From positions 4,253 through 68,252 of the forward strand of contig CAYIGD010000002.1 of the NCBI GenBank assembly GCA_964362865.1: a stretch of 64,000 nucleotides of DNA, read 5' to 3'. The notes below the pieces were generated by a model, which did not search any database, was not told where the DNA came from, and worked only from the letters and a program-made list of their open reading frames with translations. Of this stretch, positions 28,571-40,722 are shown piece by piece. The stretch's first letter is position 1. The number at the start of each line of letters is the position of its first letter. A program made the position numbers and the translations under genes. The stretch comes from an uncultured Candidatus Saccharibacteria bacterium (lineage in GTDB: Bacteria; Patescibacteriota; UBA1384; JAGVHQ01).

Positions 28571-28652
28571 ATACTCCAGTACTAAAACGTGTCCGGAACC
28601 ATCCCTCCGCCAGCTGGCGGATACTCGGGACGTTTTCCTGACCTCTGGAGTT

Positions 28653-28681
28653 AATATAGCTGATATTCCATTCGTGGTCAA
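28653..28681 (-). promoter_or_regulatory. Internal promoter upstream of rplC
   Basis: TTGACC-17nt-TATATT. Confidence 0.65.
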
Positions 28682-28688
28682 TATGCGT

Positions 28689-28724
28689 AAAACCGATCAA
28701 CTCCGGCTCAGTCCGGAGTTGATC
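28689..28724 (-). terminator. Probable terminator hairpin after rpsJ
   Basis: 12-bp perfect stem GATCAACTCCGG/CCGGAGTTGATC (28695-28724), 6-nt loop, then GGTTTT on the - strand. Confidence 0.55.
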
Positions 28725-28771
28725 AAACGACGTAAAGCAAGAGCAGTAGTCCCGCTACAGTTGCAACTGTT

Positions 28772-29095
28772 TTAGGTCTTAATTTCGATATCCACGCCAG
28801 CAGGCAGGTCTAAACTCATGAGGGAGTCGATCGTTTTAGCGGAGGGTTCCACTATGTCAATCAGGCGTTTGTGGATCCGCATTTCAAACTGCTCCCGCGC
28901 GTCTTTATGCACAAACGTCGAGCGATTCACAGTAAATAACTTCCGTTCTGACGGAAGCGGGACCGGCCCGATTACTTTTGCCCCGGTCCGTTCGGCGGTT
29001 TCAATGATTTTTTTCGCAGATCGGTCAATAATACGGTAATCATAGGCGCGTAAACGGACTCTGATTCGTTGTGTTGATTTTTCTGTAGTTGCCAC
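28772..29095 (-). CDS. rpsJ: 30S ribosomal protein S10
   Basis: [29 protein letters not shown]. Confidence 0.98.
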   Translation of the reverse strand: MATTEKSTQRIRVRLRAYDYRIIDRSAKKIIETAERTGAKVIGPVPLPSERKLFTVNRSTFVHKDAREQFEMRIHKRLIDIVEPSAKTIDSLMSLDLPAGVDIEIKT

Positions 29096-29144
29096 GCTCT
29101 TTGGATTTCCTAAGGTGCGAATACGCAGTTCGCCAGTTGGCGGA

Positions 29145-30329
29145 TTACTTGTTGATCTTTGTTACGACTCCCGCGCCGACAGTTCGACCACCTTCACGAA
29201 TTGCGAAGCGCAGGCCATCTTCCATTGCAATCGGAACAATCAGTTTGACTTTGAAGCTGATCGTATCTCCCGGAACTACCATTTCGGTACCTTCCGGCAG
29301 TTCGACTTCGCCTGTTACGTCCGTTGTCCGAAAATAAAACTGGGGTTTGTAGCCTTTAAAAAAGGGAGTATGCCGTCCACCTTCGTCTTTGGTAAGGATA
29401 TACACCTCGGATTCAAATTCTGTGTGCGGGGTAGCGGTACCGGGTTTGGCAAGCACTTGTCCGCGTTCGATATCAGTGCGCTCGATACCGCGCAGTAACA
29501 CGCCCACATTATCGCCGGCTTGACCTTGGTCAAGCAGCTTCTTGAACATTTCCACGCCGGTTACGACGCTCTTTTTAGTGGGGCGGATTCCAACAATTTC
29601 GATTTCTTCGTTGACCTTTACGATCCCTCGCTCGATTCTTCCGGTTGCAACCGTTCCGCGCCCTTTGATTGAAAAGACGTCTTCAACCGGCATTAGAAAC
29701 GGCTTGTCAGTTTCCCGCGTCGGTTCGGGAATGTACGCATCCAAGGCGTCGATCAACTCCAGGATGGATTTTTCCGCTTCTGGGTCGCCTTCCAGTGCCT
29801 TGAGGGCAGAACCCTTAATCACGGGCACTTCATCGCCCGGGAATTTATATTTTGTGAGCAATTCGCGCACTTCGACTTCAACGAGGTCCAGGAGCTCTTT
29901 GTCGGTGACTTGATCAATTTTATTGAGATATACGACCATTCGCGGTACGCCTACTTGGCGGGCCAAAAGAATGTGTTCGCGGGTCTGGGGCATGGGGCCG
30001 TCGGCAGCAGACACAACCAAGATCGCCGCGTCCATCTGGGCCGCGCCGGTAATCATGTTTTTGACGTAATCAGCGTGTCCAGGGCAGTCAACGTGCGCAT
30101 AGTGGCGCTTTTCGGATTCGTACTCCTGATGCGAGGTGGCAATCGTAATCCCCCGCGCGCGCTCTTCAGGCGCATTATCAATCTCTTCGTACTTCTTTTC
30201 TTTTGCTAAACCCTTTTTTGCGAGCACTTTCGTAATTGCCGAGGTTAGGGTCGTTTTTCCGTGGTCAACGTGCCCGATTGTTCCGACATTGATGTGCGGC
30301 TTGGTTCTCTCAAATTTTCCTTCTGCCAT
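29145..30329 (-). CDS. tuf: Elongation factor Tu
   Basis: [31 protein letters not shown]. Confidence 0.99.
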   Translation of the reverse strand: MAEGKFERTKPHINVGTIGHVDHGKTTLTSAITKVLAKKGLAKEKKYEEIDNAPEERARGITIATSHQEYESEKRHYAHVDCPGHADYVKNMITGAAQMDAAILVVSAADGPMPQTREHILLARQVGVPRMVVYLNKIDQVTDKELLDLVEVEVRELLTKYKFPGDEVPVIKGSALKALEGDPEAEKSILELIDALDAYIPEPTRETDKPFLMPVEDVFSIKGRGTVATGRIERGIVKVNEEIEIVGIRPTKKSVVTGVEMFKKLLDQGQAGDNVGVLLRGIERTDIERGQVLAKPGTATPHTEFESEVYILTKDEGGRHTPFFKGYKPQFYFRTTDVTGEVELPEGTEMVVPGDTISFKVKLIVPIAMEDGLRFAIREGGRTVGAGVVTKINK

Positions 30330-30398
30330 CGATTACTCCTTTCACTGTAAATAGTGTTTCAGGCCACCTTAAACTTCCCCCAAAAACAATGCGTTTTT

Positions 30399-30427
30399 AT
30401 TATATGGGTGCATTCGGGTTCCGTCAA
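30399..30427 (-). promoter_or_regulatory. Dedicated near-consensus promoter for tuf
   Basis: TTGACG-17nt-TATAAT in the fusA-tuf spacer; AAGGAG SD downstream. Confidence 0.75.
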
Positions 30428-32508
30428 GCGGTTTTCGGGCTGCGGCGTTGGATAATTGATTGCGCTACACTTGTTGGAACAGGTTCATAGTGGTCGAATT
30501 CCATTGTGTAAGATGCCCTTCCGGTCGTCATGCCGCGCACTGTAGTCGCATATCCGAACATCTGCCCCAGTGGAACTAAAGCTTCAATCGTTTTAATTCC
30601 TACCCGTTCGCCGGTTGCAAGAATTTGTCCGCGTTTCGAATTCAAATCCCCGACCACATCACCGAAAAACGATTCAGGAGTAAGGACTTCGACTTTCATA
30701 ATCGGCTCCAGCAGAACCGGCGTGCCGGATTTAAAACCGTCTTGAAGGGCCATCGAGCCCGCAATCTGGAAAGCCATTTCAGATGAGTCTACGTCATGGT
30801 ACGTGCCATCGTATAAGGTAACTTGTATGTCGACAATCGGGTAATGAGCGATTACGCCGCGGTCCAAAGCCCCCCGGATACCTTTTTCGACAGCGGGTAT
30901 AAACTCGCGCGGAATTGCGCCACCGACAATTTTATTGACGAATTCAAAGCCTTGACCGCGTTCACGAGGTTCCAGCTTGAGAAAGACGTGTCCATATTGC
31001 CCACGGCCTCCGGTTTGTCGAATATATTTCCCTTCAGCTTTCGAAGGCTTCGTAATTGTTTCCTTGTACGCCACTTCCGGCGCGCCGACGTTCGCTGCCA
31101 CATTGAACTCGCGTTTCATGCGGTCCACCAGTACCTCGAGGTGTAATTCCCCCATCCCCGCGATGATTGTTTGAAGCGTTTCTTCGTTGGTGGTAATACG
31201 AAACGTCGGGTCTTCTTCAGCCAGTTTTTGCAGGGCGATCCCCATTTTCTCTTGATCTGCTTTCGTTTTCGGTTCAATCGCAACTGAAATCACCGGGTCA
31301 GGGAATTGAATCGATTCCAAGATGGCTGGACGCAAAGGATCGCAGATCGTTTGGCCGGTCATTACGTTTTTAAGGCCGACTACGGCCGCGATCTCACCCG
31401 CAAAAACTTCCTTTAATTCCTCTCGATGGTTGGCATGCAGACGCACAATCCGTCCCACACGTTCCTTCGAGTTACTCGAGGCATTCAGAATATAGGAGCC
31501 TGCTACAAGTTTTCCCGAATAGGCCCGAAAAAACGCAAGCCGCCCGACAAACGGGTCGGTTGCAATCTTAAACACAAGCGCTAAGAACGGTTCGTCGTCG
31601 TCGGTTTTGATTGCGATTAGCTCATCGGTGTTTGGCGCTTTTGCATGAATCGCCGGCACGTCTAGTGGAGAAGGAAGATAATCGACAACGCCGTCAAGCA
31701 GCTTTTGTACACCCGTATTTTTTAGGGCTGAACCACACAAGACCGGGACAATTTTATACTCAATCGTTGCGCTGCGCAGAGCGGATTTGAGCTGTTCAGC
31801 AGAAGGGTGTGTGCCTTCAAGGTATGCGTGCAGCAGCGTGTCGTCAGTCTCAACAATCTTTTCTACCAGTTCGGTGCGGACCGCACGCACCTCTGCCTTC
31901 ATCTCAGATGGTATTTCGATTTCTAAAACGTCTTCCCCTAATTTTCCACCCCAAGCAAAAGCTTTCTCTCGAATGAGGTCCACTAAACCATGAAAATTTG
32001 CTTCCGTACCGATTGGCAATTGGACTCTGACGGCGTGGGGACCAAGGCGCTCTTTAATCGAAGCGTATGCCTTATTAAAGTCCGCTCCCATGCGATCGAG
32101 CTTATTAATAAAGCAAATCCGGGGAACTTTGTATTTATCGGCTTGACGCCACACTGTTTCAGATTGGGGTTCGACACCAGCCACACCGTCGAAAACAACT
32201 ACGCCCCCATCTAATACCCTCAGGGATCGCTCAACTTCGACGGTGAAGTCTACGTGCCCGGGAGTATCAATAATGTTGATGCGGGTCTTATTCCAAAAGC
32301 AGGTGGTAGCGGCAGCGGTAATCGTAATGCCACGCTCCCGTTCCTGCTCCATCCAGTCCATCACGGCTTCGCCCTCGTGCACCTCACCGATTTTGTGTGT
32401 TTTGCCGGTATAGTACAGTACCCGTTCCGTGACAGTGGTTTTACCGGCGTCAATATGGGCAATAATGCCAATATTACGGGTGTTCTCAAGAGAGTATTCG
32501 CGGGGCAT
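30424..32508 (-). CDS. fusA: Elongation factor G
   Basis: [35 protein letters not shown]. Confidence 0.99.
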   Translation of the reverse strand: MPREYSLENTRNIGIIAHIDAGKTTVTERVLYYTGKTHKIGEVHEGEAVMDWMEQERERGITITAAATTCFWNKTRINIIDTPGHVDFTVEVERSLRVLDGGVVVFDGVAGVEPQSETVWRQADKYKVPRICFINKLDRMGADFNKAYASIKERLGPHAVRVQLPIGTEANFHGLVDLIREKAFAWGGKLGEDVLEIEIPSEMKAEVRAVRTELVEKIVETDDTLLHAYLEGTHPSAEQLKSALRSATIEYKIVPVLCGSALKNTGVQKLLDGVVDYLPSPLDVPAIHAKAPNTDELIAIKTDDDEPFLALVFKIATDPFVGRLAFFRAYSGKLVAGSYILNASSNSKERVGRIVRLHANHREELKEVFAGEIAAVVGLKNVMTGQTICDPLRPAILESIQFPDPVISVAIEPKTKADQEKMGIALQKLAEEDPTFRITTNEETLQTIIAGMGELHLEVLVDRMKREFNVAANVGAPEVAYKETITKPSKAEGKYIRQTGGRGQYGHVFLKLEPRERGQGFEFVNKIVGGAIPREFIPAVEKGIRGALDRGVIAHYPIVDIQVTLYDGTYHDVDSSEMAFQIAGSMALQDGFKSGTPVLLEPIMKVEVLTPESFFGDVVGDLNSKRGQILATGERVGIKTIEALVPLGQMFGYATTVRGMTTGRASYTMEFDHYEPVPTSVAQSIIQRRSPKTA

Positions 32509-32509
32509 C

Positions 32510-32980
32510 TTACATTCGGGCAAAATGGGCAAAGGCGCGGTTTGCTTCTGCCATTTTATGCATTGTGTCGCGGCGTTTAACTGCCGTACCGGTATTGTTG
32601 TAGGCGTCCATGAGTTCAGAGGCTAAACGGATAGCCATTGTTTGGGATTTTCGCGCACGCGCGCTATCCAATATCCAGCGCAGCGCTAAAGCCTGCTTGC
32701 GGTTTGGCCGGACTTCAACCGGTACTTGATACGTTGCTCCACCGATCCGTTTGCTGCGGACTTCTAACACAGGGCCGATGTTTTGGACTGCTCGTTCAAA
32801 AACCGTGAGGGGGTCGGTTTTCAGTTTCGCCGCCGCCTCTTCAAGGGCGGAATACACAATTGAGCGCGCAGTCATTTTCTGCCCTGAGAGCATTGTTTTA
32901 TTAATCAACTGTTCGATTTGGATCGAATGATATTTTTGATCGGGCTTAATTGCACGGCGATTGGTTGCTGGTCGTCGCAT
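32510..32980 (-). CDS. rpsG: 30S ribosomal protein S7
   Basis: [23 protein letters not shown]. Confidence 0.98.
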   Translation of the reverse strand: MRRPATNRRAIKPDQKYHSIQIEQLINKTMLSGQKMTARSIVYSALEEAAAKLKTDPLTVFERAVQNIGPVLEVRSKRIGGATYQVPVEVRPNRKQALALRWILDSARARKSQTMAIRLASELMDAYNNTGTAVKRRDTMHKMAEANRAFAHFARM

Positions 32981-32982
32981 AA

Positions 32983-33396
32983 TTACGCTCGCTTGGCGCC
33001 GTACAGGGAACGACCCTGTTTGCGATCTTTTACGCCTTCTGTATCGAGTTTACCGCGTACAATGTGGTAGCGCACACCCGGAAGGTCCTTGACCCTACCA
33101 CCGCGAATCAGCACCACAGAGTGCTCTTGTAAGTTATGCCCAACACCTGGAATGTAGGCCGTGACTTCAGTGCCGGATGTTAAACGTACCTTGGCGATTT
33201 TGCGTAACGCCGAGTTTGGTTTTTTGGGCGTAATCGTGGTTACCTTGATGCATACTCCCCGCTTGAGGGGCGCACCAATCCTGTTCCAAGTAGACCGGTT
33301 TTTCATAAAATTCATCCCACGCTTAAGAGCGGGCGTCGCCGGGGCTGCGACGATCCGTTTTCGTCCCTTACGAATTAACTGTGCAATGGTTGGCAT
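32983..33396 (-). CDS. rpsL: 30S ribosomal protein S12
   Basis: [22 protein letters not shown]. Confidence 0.99.
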   Translation of the reverse strand: MPTIAQLIRKGRKRIVAAPATPALKRGMNFMKNRSTWNRIGAPLKRGVCIKVTTITPKKPNSALRKIAKVRLTSGTEVTAYIPGVGHNLQEHSVVLIRGGRVKDLPGVRYHIVRGKLDTEGVKDRKQGRSLYGAKRA

Positions 33397-36300
33397 CAGC
33401 GTGTTCCGTGGATCGCTTTTTTACGAGCACTGCTCGGGTCAAAACCGGTACCCGCGGGAATTAATTTTCCAATAATCACATTTTCCTTCATTCCGTTGAG
33501 GTGGTCAACCGCCCCCCGTGCGGCGGCCTCAATCAACACTCCTGTGGTTTCTTGGAAGCTCGCGGCGGAAAGGAAACTCTGGGTTTTTAAAGAAACGCGC
33601 GTAATGCCCATCACGACGTCTTCAACTTGCACAAGCCGGCGCCCCTTTTTTGTAAGCTCTGCGTTGACAATCCCGGCATGCAGACTGTCAATAATTTGCC
33701 CAGGTAGAAACTCGGAATCGCCTTCGTCGGTCACGCGCACTTTTGAAAACATTTGACGTACGATCATCTCAATGTGTTTCGGGTTGATTGTTTGCCCCTG
33801 GGAAGAATAAATCGAAAGCACGTCATTGATGATATAGGCTTGCGTCGCAACTCGACCGCGGAACTTGAGTGATTCCCCGAGGTCAAAGTGACCATCAGTT
33901 AATTGCTGCCCGATGCCAACGACGTCGCCGTCTTTGACAAGCACAGTTTCGTTTGCCCTGAGCGGGAAACTGATTGACGTAAATTCCGAAGAAATAACCT
34001 TTATCTGGCGTTCTTTCACACGAACTGTCCCGGGAATTTTGGTTCGGATTGCCTTGGCGTCTTTGGCATTGCCCAGTATTTGCTTGGCTACAACCGGCGC
34101 GCCGTTTTTGACGGTTATTTCGTAGCCTTCGGGGATTTCATATACTTCTTCCATTTTTTGGTTCGTGACGATTTGGAGTGTTCGACGTCCTTTTTCGGTA
34201 AAGATTTTAACCGTTCCGGCGATTTGCGCGAGTGTCGCCGGATTCTGTGGGGTACGCGCTTCGAATAATTCCTCGACCCTCGGCAGACCACTCGTGATGT
34301 CTTCGCCGACGACACCGCCCGAGTGGAACGTTTTCATCGTCAACTGCGTACCTGGTTCGCCGATCGCTTGCGCAGCCATAATTCCGACTGCTTCACCGTG
34401 CTTTACCATCTCTCCTGTGGCCAAATCGCGCCCATAACAATTTTGGCAGACGCCCCACCGGGCTTGGCAATAGAGGATCGAACGCACGATTACATCAAAG
34501 GGCTCGTTCGTGTTCAGCTGCCGTAGGCGTTCTTCTGAAATCAAAGTGTTAGCGGGGACGATCGTTTTACGAGCGAGCATTATCGGTTTGACCGTGACTC
34601 GGTCAATAAGGTGACGGAAATGCTTCGGATCAGCATGGAACCGAAGCCCCTCTTTTGTTCCACAATCCTCTAGGGCAACGACCATATCCTGCGAGACGTC
34701 CACAAGGCGGCGCGTAAGATATCCCGCATCTGAGGTTCGAAGCGATGTATCAGATTTTCCCTTGCGCGCTCCATGGGTGGAAATAAAGTATTCAAACACG
34801 CTCAATCCTTCGCGATAGTTGGATTTAATTGGTAATTCAATGATCTCTCCGGCAGGGTTTACCACGAGGCCTTTCATACCGCCGAGCTGCGTGACCTGGG
34901 TTACGGAGCCACGGGCACCGGACAACATCATGACGTTTACCGGGTTATGCAAGTTAAACAGAGCAAGCATTTCTTTTTCGATTTTCGCCCGAGCACTTGT
35001 CCATTGTTCGATGATTTTCAGGCGACGCTCATGATTGGTAATCAGTCCGCGGCGATATTGCATTTCGATTTCTTCTACGAGTAGATCGGTTGCCTTGATG
35101 ATCTCGCTTTTTTTGGCTGGAACATTGATATCTGAAATCGAAATCGTCATTCCTGAGAGAGTCGCGTGTCGGAAGCCGACCTTTTTAATCTCATCACTGA
35201 CAGTGGTTGTGGCTTCGGCGCCTTCTGTTTTGAAAATGTGTTCTACCAGCTCACGCAACGACTTCGAATCCATAGCATAGTTTCGAAAACGTGCAGATTT
35301 CGGCAGAATTGCATTCAAGATAATGCGCCCGATACTCGTTTCGACTAAATCACCTGCTTTTACTTCTGGGTCGGGAGAATTTTCTTTGGTGATAAAGCCA
35401 TCCTCTAGTCGAACCTTAATTGACGCCCGTACATGTAGTTGCCCATTTTGATAGGCAAGCATTGCCTCATCACTGGAAGCAAAAGTTCTGCCGTTACCTT
35501 TGACACCGTCTTCGATCGTCGTGAGGTAATAGCAGCCAAAGACAATGTCCAAACGTGGGGTAATCACAGGTTCACCGGAGGCGGGTTTTAATACGTTTTT
35601 AGTGGAAAGCATGATGTCGCGCGCTTCTATATGTGCCTGCTTGGAAAGCGGGACATGTACTGCCATCTGGTCTCCGTCAAAGTCGGCGTTAAAAGCGTAA
35701 CAAACCAGAGGATGCAGCTGGATTGCTTTTCCTTCGATCAATACTGGTTGAAAGGCCTGGATTCCCAACCGGTGTAAGGTTGGGGCGCGGTTCAAGAGTA
35801 CGTATTGTTCGGAAGTGATCCGTTCAAGAATATCCCATACTTCTGGTGTGGCACGCTCGATCAGGCGCGTAGCGTTTTTAACGTTGTGGACATACCCTTC
35901 GGAAATCATTTTAGAGATGACAAACGGTTTGAATAGTTCAAGCGCCATGCCCTTGGGTAATCCGCACTGGTGCAATTTAAGGTTCGGGCCGACTACAATC
36001 ACCGAGCGTCCGGAATAGTCAACGCGTTTTCCTAAAAGGTTTTGACGGAATCGGCCTTGTTTACCGCGTAGCATGTCCGAAAGTGAACGCAGTTTGCGCT
36101 GAGCAGCTGTTGTCGAGACTGCTTTGCCCCGGCGTACACTGTTATCAATTAGGGCATCTACTGCCTCCTGCAACATACGTTTTTCATTGCGGCAAATGAC
36201 ATCTGGTGCGCCCAGAGAAATCAGTTTCTTCAAGCGATTATTGCGGTTGATGACACGTCGGTAAAGGTCGTTCAGGTCGGAGGCGGCAAATCGCCCTCCG

Positions 36301-37214
36301 TCTAGTTGGACCATTGGCCGCAGATCCGGGGGGATCACTGGCAGGCGCGTCGTAATCAGCCATTTCGGATCGATTTTTGCCTTTAGCATATCCTTAAGGA
36401 CCCGGATACGTTTCAAGATCCGGCGGCGCTGGCTTCCTTGGGAGTTCTCGACTTCCTTTTCCAAATTGCGCACGACCTCAACAAAATCTATATCTTTAAG
36501 GAGTTGATGGAAGGCCTCTGCCCCGATCCCGACCTTGATAATTGAGCCGTACTTCAAACTGATTTCATGGTAGCGCTGCTCAGTAATGATTTTATATTTA
36601 GCAAGCGAAGTGATCTCATTTTTTGTAGTTCGGTACATCCCTTCGAGCTCGGTGAGAGGAGTTGATTGTTTAAGGTCGGGTTTTGCAGTTGCGTGGTTGT
36701 TTTTTAATCTGCCGCGCAGTTCGCGATATTCATTTTCCAACTGGCTCAGCGCCTCGGTGCGGATTGTCTCGTCTACTGCCAGAACGATAAATCCGGCAAA
36801 GTAAATCACTTTCTCCAGATCATTAACCGAAAGATTGAGCGCTAGACCAAGAATAGACGGTACGCTACGTACAAACCATACATGAGCAACAGGGACGGCA
36901 AGCTCAATGTGTCCCATACGTTCTCGGCGTACGGCCGCTCGAGTTACTTCGACGCCGCATTTATCACAGATGACACCTTTGTAACGAATTTTTTTATATT
37001 TACCGCAATAACACTCCCAGTCTTTAATCGGTCCGAAGATGCGTTCGTCAAACAGGCCGTCGCGTTCTGGTTTTTGTGTGCGGTAGTTAATTGTTTCCGG
37101 CTTTGTGACTTCGCCGTAAGACCAGTTATACACATCTTCGGGGGACGCAATCGAAATTCGTATCGCGTTGAAATCAGCAACACGCGTGTCCTGGCGGGTC
37201 AGAGTTTCTTGCAT
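33396..37214 (-). CDS. rpoC: RNA polymerase beta' subunit
   Basis: Zn finger CYCGK...[19 protein letters not shown]. Confidence 0.99.
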   Translation of the reverse strand: MQETLTRQDTRVADFNAIRISIASPEDVYNWSYGEVTKPETINYRTQKPERDGLFDERIFGPIKDWECYCGKYKKIRYKGVICDKCGVEVTRAAVRRERMGHIELAVPVAHVWFVRSVPSILGLALNLSVNDLEKVIYFAGFIVLAVDETIRTEALSQLENEYRELRGRLKNNHATAKPDLKQSTPLTELEGMYRTTKNEITSLAKYKIITEQRYHEISLKYGSIIKVGIGAEAFHQLLKDIDFVEVVRNLEKEVENSQGSQRRRILKRIRVLKDMLKAKIDPKWLITTRLPVIPPDLRPMVQLDGGRFAASDLNDLYRRVINRNNRLKKLISLGAPDVICRNEKRMLQEAVDALIDNSVRRGKAVSTTAAQRKLRSLSDMLRGKQGRFRQNLLGKRVDYSGRSVIVVGPNLKLHQCGLPKGMALELFKPFVISKMISEGYVHNVKNATRLIERATPEVWDILERITSEQYVLLNRAPTLHRLGIQAFQPVLIEGKAIQLHPLVCYAFNADFDGDQMAVHVPLSKQAHIEARDIMLSTKNVLKPASGEPVITPRLDIVFGCYYLTTIEDGVKGNGRTFASSDEAMLAYQNGQLHVRASIKVRLEDGFITKENSPDPEVKAGDLVETSIGRIILNAILPKSARFRNYAMDSKSLRELVEHIFKTEGAEATTTVSDEIKKVGFRHATLSGMTISISDINVPAKKSEIIKATDLLVEEIEMQYRRGLITNHERRLKIIEQWTSARAKIEKEMLALFNLHNPVNVMMLSGARGSVTQVTQLGGMKGLVVNPAGEIIELPIKSNYREGLSVFEYFISTHGARKGKSDTSLRTSDAGYLTRRLVDVSQDMVVALEDCGTKEGLRFHADPKHFRHLIDRVTVKPIMLARKTIVPANTLISEERLRQLNTNEPFDVIVRSILYCQARWGVCQNCYGRDLATGEMVKHGEAVGIMAAQAIGEPGTQLTMKTFHSGGVVGEDITSGLPRVEELFEARTPQNPATLAQIAGTVKIFTEKGRRTLQIVTNQKMEEVYEIPEGYEITVKNGAPVVAKQILGNAKDAKAIRTKIPGTVRVKERQIKVISSEFTSISFPLRANETVLVKDGDVVGIGQQLTDGHFDLGESLKFRGRVATQAYIINDVLSIYSSQGQTINPKHIEMIVRQMFSKVRVTDEGDSEFLPGQIIDSLHAGIVNAELTKKGRRLVQVEDVVMGITRVSLKTQSFLSAASFQETTGVLIEAAARGAVDHLNGMKENVIIGKLIPAGTGFDPSSARKKAIHGTR

Positions 37215-40200
37215 TATGCCTCCTCCACCGGTTCGGATACCGGTTCTGGTTCGTCAAGTTTCAACTCGGTTAGTTCCCGGTCTAACGTTTCTTCCTGGTC
37301 CTCCTCATGTTCCGGTGTCGCTCGTGCAGACGCCCGGACGGCTTTGGGCTTCTCTTCTGCTCCAATTTTGGTTGAACCCTGCTGGGAAAGGAGCTCGATG
37401 TTCAACCCTAAACTTTGCAATTCGCGGGTTAAGACGAAGAACGAGGCTGGGACGGAAGGCTTCTGGATTTCCTCGCCCCGGATAATTGCCTCATACGCTT
37501 TACTGCGTCCGATGACATCATCTGATTTCAGGGTGAGCATTTCCTGCAGCGAATGAGCTGCCCCATATGCTTCAAGTGCCCAGACTTCCATCTCGCCAAA
37601 GCGTTGGCCGCCGAACTGCGCCTTGCCTCCCAAAGGTTGCTGGGTTACCATAGAATATGGTCCGGTGGAGCGGGCATGCATTTTGTCGTCCACTAAATGG
37701 TTCAATTTCATCATGTAAATGATGCCGACCGTTGTCTTTTGGTCAAACGGTTCTCCGGTGCGGCCGTCGCGGAGCTGAATTTTTCCGGTCTCGGGCAGAC
37801 CCGCTTTTTTGAGCTCGGCTTCGATCTGATTCACGCTCACGCCTTCAAAAACCGGAGTCGCAACCTTGTAATTAAGCGCTTGCGCGGCCCATCCTAAATG
37901 GGTTTCGAGGATCTGCCCGAGGTTCATGCGAGAGACGACTCCCAAAGGGTTCAATACGATATCAACGGGGGTACCATCTGGCAAATATGGCATCTCTTCC
38001 TCGGGGAGGATCACTGAAATCACACCTTTATTCCCGTGACGGCCGGCGAGTTTATCCCCCACTGAAATTTTTCTCAGTTGTGCAACTGAGATTTGAATCA
38101 TTTGATACACACCGGAAGAGAGCTCGTCCCCCTGGTCTTTCGAGAAGAGTTTGATGCCGACGACTTTTCCCCGTTCCCCGTGCGGCAATCGCAGCGACGT
38201 GTCTTTGACGTCCTTTGCTTTTTCGCCGAAAATTGCCCGCAGCAGCTTCTCTTCGGCGGACAACTCGGACTCTCCTTTCGGAGAGATTTTACCGACCAAG
38301 ATGTCGCCCGCGGATATTTCTGCGCCGATTCGAATCACACCCACCTCATCAAGGTTTGCAAGCGCCTCGTCCCCCACGTTTGGAATATCGCGCGTGACGA
38401 TTTCCGGCCCTAACTTCGTGTCCCGTACCTCAATGGAATATTCTTCAATGTGAATTGAGGAGAAGCGGTCATCTTTAACCAAACGCTCGGAGATCGCGAT
38501 TGCGTCTTCGAAGTTGGTACCCCAGAAAGACAAAAACGCAACGAGTACATTTTGCCCCAACGCGAGCTCGCCCCCGTCCACGGAAGCCCCGTCCGCAATT
38601 ACGTCATTCTTTTTTACTTTGTCTCCCACGTAAACGATCGGAGTTTGATTCATGCATGTTGCTTGATTAGAACGGACAAATTTCTCGAGTTTTTGGCGGT
38701 GGATTTTACCGGATTTGTCGCTTAAGTGGATTTCATTGCCATCCACGTAGCGCACTAAACCGTCAAAGGGGGCGACGCATACCTGACCTGAATTTTGAGC
38801 GGCTGTCGCTTCCAGTCCGGTACCCACTAAAGGAGCCGAGGCGCGCACGAGCGGTACTGCTTGGCGTTGCATGTTGGAACCCATCGAGGCGCGGGTGGCG
38901 TCGTCATGCTCGACAAACGGAATGAGTCCGGTTGTAACCGAAACAATTTGGCACGCTGAAACGTCAATATATTGAATCTTTTCTACTTTTTCTTTGGATG
39001 GCTTACCGAACTTTCGCACAACCACCCTTGCTTCAGTGATGTACCCATCCTTATCTACGTGAGTGGAAGCAGGCGCGATAATATAGCGTTCTTCCTCCAT
39101 TGCGTCCATATAGACAATTTTTTTCGTAAGGCGCGGTTTGTGGCCTGGTTTTTGAACGACCTCCAGATATGGTGTTTCTATAAAACCGTATTCATTTACC
39201 TTGCCGTACGTTGCGAGATATCCAACTAATCCAATGTTTGGACCTTCGGGAGTTTCAATCGGGCATACACGACCATAGTGTGAAGCGTGGACATCGCGCA
39301 CTTCAAAGCCGGCTCGCTCGCGGGAAAGGCCACCCGGACCGGTAGAAGAAAGTGTCCGCTTATGCTCCAATTCAGCCAGGGGGTTGGTTTGGTTCATAAA
39401 TTGGGAGAGCTGTGAGGAAGCAAAGAACTCTTGCAGGACTGCCGCAACCGGGCGGGAGTTTACCAGCTGCGCCGCGGTTACTGTTAAGGGGTCTACGACG
39501 CTCATGCGGTCGCGAATAATGCGCTCCATTCTTAAGAATCCAACTCGTAACCGGGCTTGTACAAGTTCCCCAACAGCCCTCACGCGGCGATTGCGTAAAT
39601 GGTCGATATCATCCGGCTGGGCGGTGGGGTCATTATTAAGGCGAATTACCTCTTTCACGATTTCAATGATGTCTTCGAGTCGAAGGATGCGGTCGCGGGC
39701 AGAATCTTTACCGGCAAGATTGAGCCGTTGGTTTAGCTTATAGCGGCCTACCTTACCGAGGTCGTAGCGTTTCGGATTGAAGAAAAGGGCTTCGAGGAAC
39801 GTTTTTGCGGTATCAGCGGTGGTGAGGTCTCCGGGGCGAATACGCTTATAGACTTCCGTGAAGCTTTCCGCGCGTGTTTTTGCGGGATCTTTTAAAAGCG
39901 TTGCCTTGATGTAATCGTGGTCAGCATTGTCGTTGACATCTTTGAAGGTATTGAGAATACTTTCGTCTTTTTCGAGTCCAAGTGATTTTAAAAATGTGGT
40001 AATCGGAATTTTCCGTTTCCGATCAACTTTGACGGAGATGATATCGCGGTTTGAAGTCTCAATTTCGAGCCAAGCGCCACGGGCCGGAATGAGTTTTGCG
40101 CCGAATAACGTTCGCCCAGCAGATTCTTCGCCCGTAAACAGCACTCCATACGAGCGCACAATCTGAGAAACCACGACCCGTTCGACACCGTTAATAATAA

Positions 40201-40549
40201 AGGTCCCGCGGTTCGTCATAACCGGGAAATCACCAAGAAAGATGGCAGATTCTTTTTGCTTCCCGGTTACTTTATTATAAAGAATCGCTTTGCACTTTAA
40301 GGGCGCTTTATAGGTGAGGTTTTTTTCCCGGGCAGTCGTTTCGTCTACGCGGGGCGCTTCAAGGGCATAATCGCCGAATTCAAGACGTAAGTTTTTTCCC
40401 GTAAAATCATCAACTGGAGAGATTTCGTTAATAATCTCTCGAATACCCTCGTCAAAGAGCCATCGGTATGAATCAAGCTGCAGTTGAATAAGGTTGGGAA
40501 AGGAAATGTTCGTTTTCCCTTCTTTCCCTTGAGAGAAGTATTTGCGCAT
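37214..40549 (-). CDS. rpoB: RNA polymerase beta subunit
   Basis: [37 protein letters not shown]. Confidence 0.99.
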   Translation of the reverse strand: MRKYFSQGKEGKTNISFPNLIQLQLDSYRWLFDEGIREIINEISPVDDFTGKNLRLEFGDYALEAPRVDETTAREKNLTYKAPLKCKAILYNKVTGKQKESAIFLGDFPVMTNRGTFIINGVERVVVSQIVRSYGVLFTGEESAGRTLFGAKLIPARGAWLEIETSNRDIISVKVDRKRKIPITTFLKSLGLEKDESILNTFKDVNDNADHDYIKATLLKDPAKTRAESFTEVYKRIRPGDLTTADTAKTFLEALFFNPKRYDLGKVGRYKLNQRLNLAGKDSARDRILRLEDIIEIVKEVIRLNNDPTAQPDDIDHLRNRRVRAVGELVQARLRVGFLRMERIIRDRMSVVDPLTVTAAQLVNSRPVAAVLQEFFASSQLSQFMNQTNPLAELEHKRTLSSTGPGGLSRERAGFEVRDVHASHYGRVCPIETPEGPNIGLVGYLATYGKVNEYGFIETPYLEVVQKPGHKPRLTKKIVYMDAMEEERYIIAPASTHVDKDGYITEARVVVRKFGKPSKEKVEKIQYIDVSACQIVSVTTGLIPFVEHDDATRASMGSNMQRQAVPLVRASAPLVGTGLEATAAQNSGQVCVAPFDGLVRYVDGNEIHLSDKSGKIHRQKLEKFVRSNQATCMNQTPIVYVGDKVKKNDVIADGASVDGGELALGQNVLVAFLSFWGTNFEDAIAISERLVKDDRFSSIHIEEYSIEVRDTKLGPEIVTRDIPNVGDEALANLDEVGVIRIGAEISAGDILVGKISPKGESELSAEEKLLRAIFGEKAKDVKDTSLRLPHGERGKVVGIKLFSKDQGDELSSGVYQMIQISVAQLRKISVGDKLAGRHGNKGVISVILPEEEMPYLPDGTPVDIVLNPLGVVSRMNLGQILETHLGWAAQALNYKVATPVFEGVSVNQIEAELKKAGLPETGKIQLRDGRTGEPFDQKTTVGIIYMMKLNHLVDDKMHARSTGPYSMVTQQPLGGKAQFGGQRFGEMEVWALEAYGAAHSLQEMLTLKSDDVIGRSKAYEAIIRGEEIQKPSVPASFFVLTRELQSLGLNIELLSQQGSTKIGAEEKPKAVRASARATPEHEEDQEETLDRELTELKLDEPEPVSEPVEEA

Positions 40550-40672
40550 ATTTTTCTCCTCATGTTAAAATATTCCACACAAGATGGAACTTCAGTTAAG
40601 TACTGCTTTTTAATTCGCTGCGATTTGTATAGCTGACACCTTTGCCTTTGTACTGTCTATAGGATCATTTTT

Positions 40673-40701
40673 ACTCTATCGAACAGTTTTTGATTTGTCA
40701 A
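40673..40701 (-). promoter_or_regulatory. Promoter upstream of rpoB
   Basis: TTGACA-17nt-TAGAGT; AGGAG SD before the rpoB ATG. Confidence 0.65.
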
Positions 40702-40722
40702 GTCCTACACCAAATAAGGAAA

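Noticed and set aside
28571-28681. N-terminal extension of L3 in the ORF track (likewise S5, L5, L16, RNase III, YdcF, nitroreductase)
   Set aside because: Artefact of longest-ORF calling; downstream ATGs match the family starts or SD sites
33250-33330. Insertion in S12 ([14 protein letters not shown])
   Set aside because: A similar insert is known in Firmicutes-type S12; the streptomycin-site lysines are unchanged
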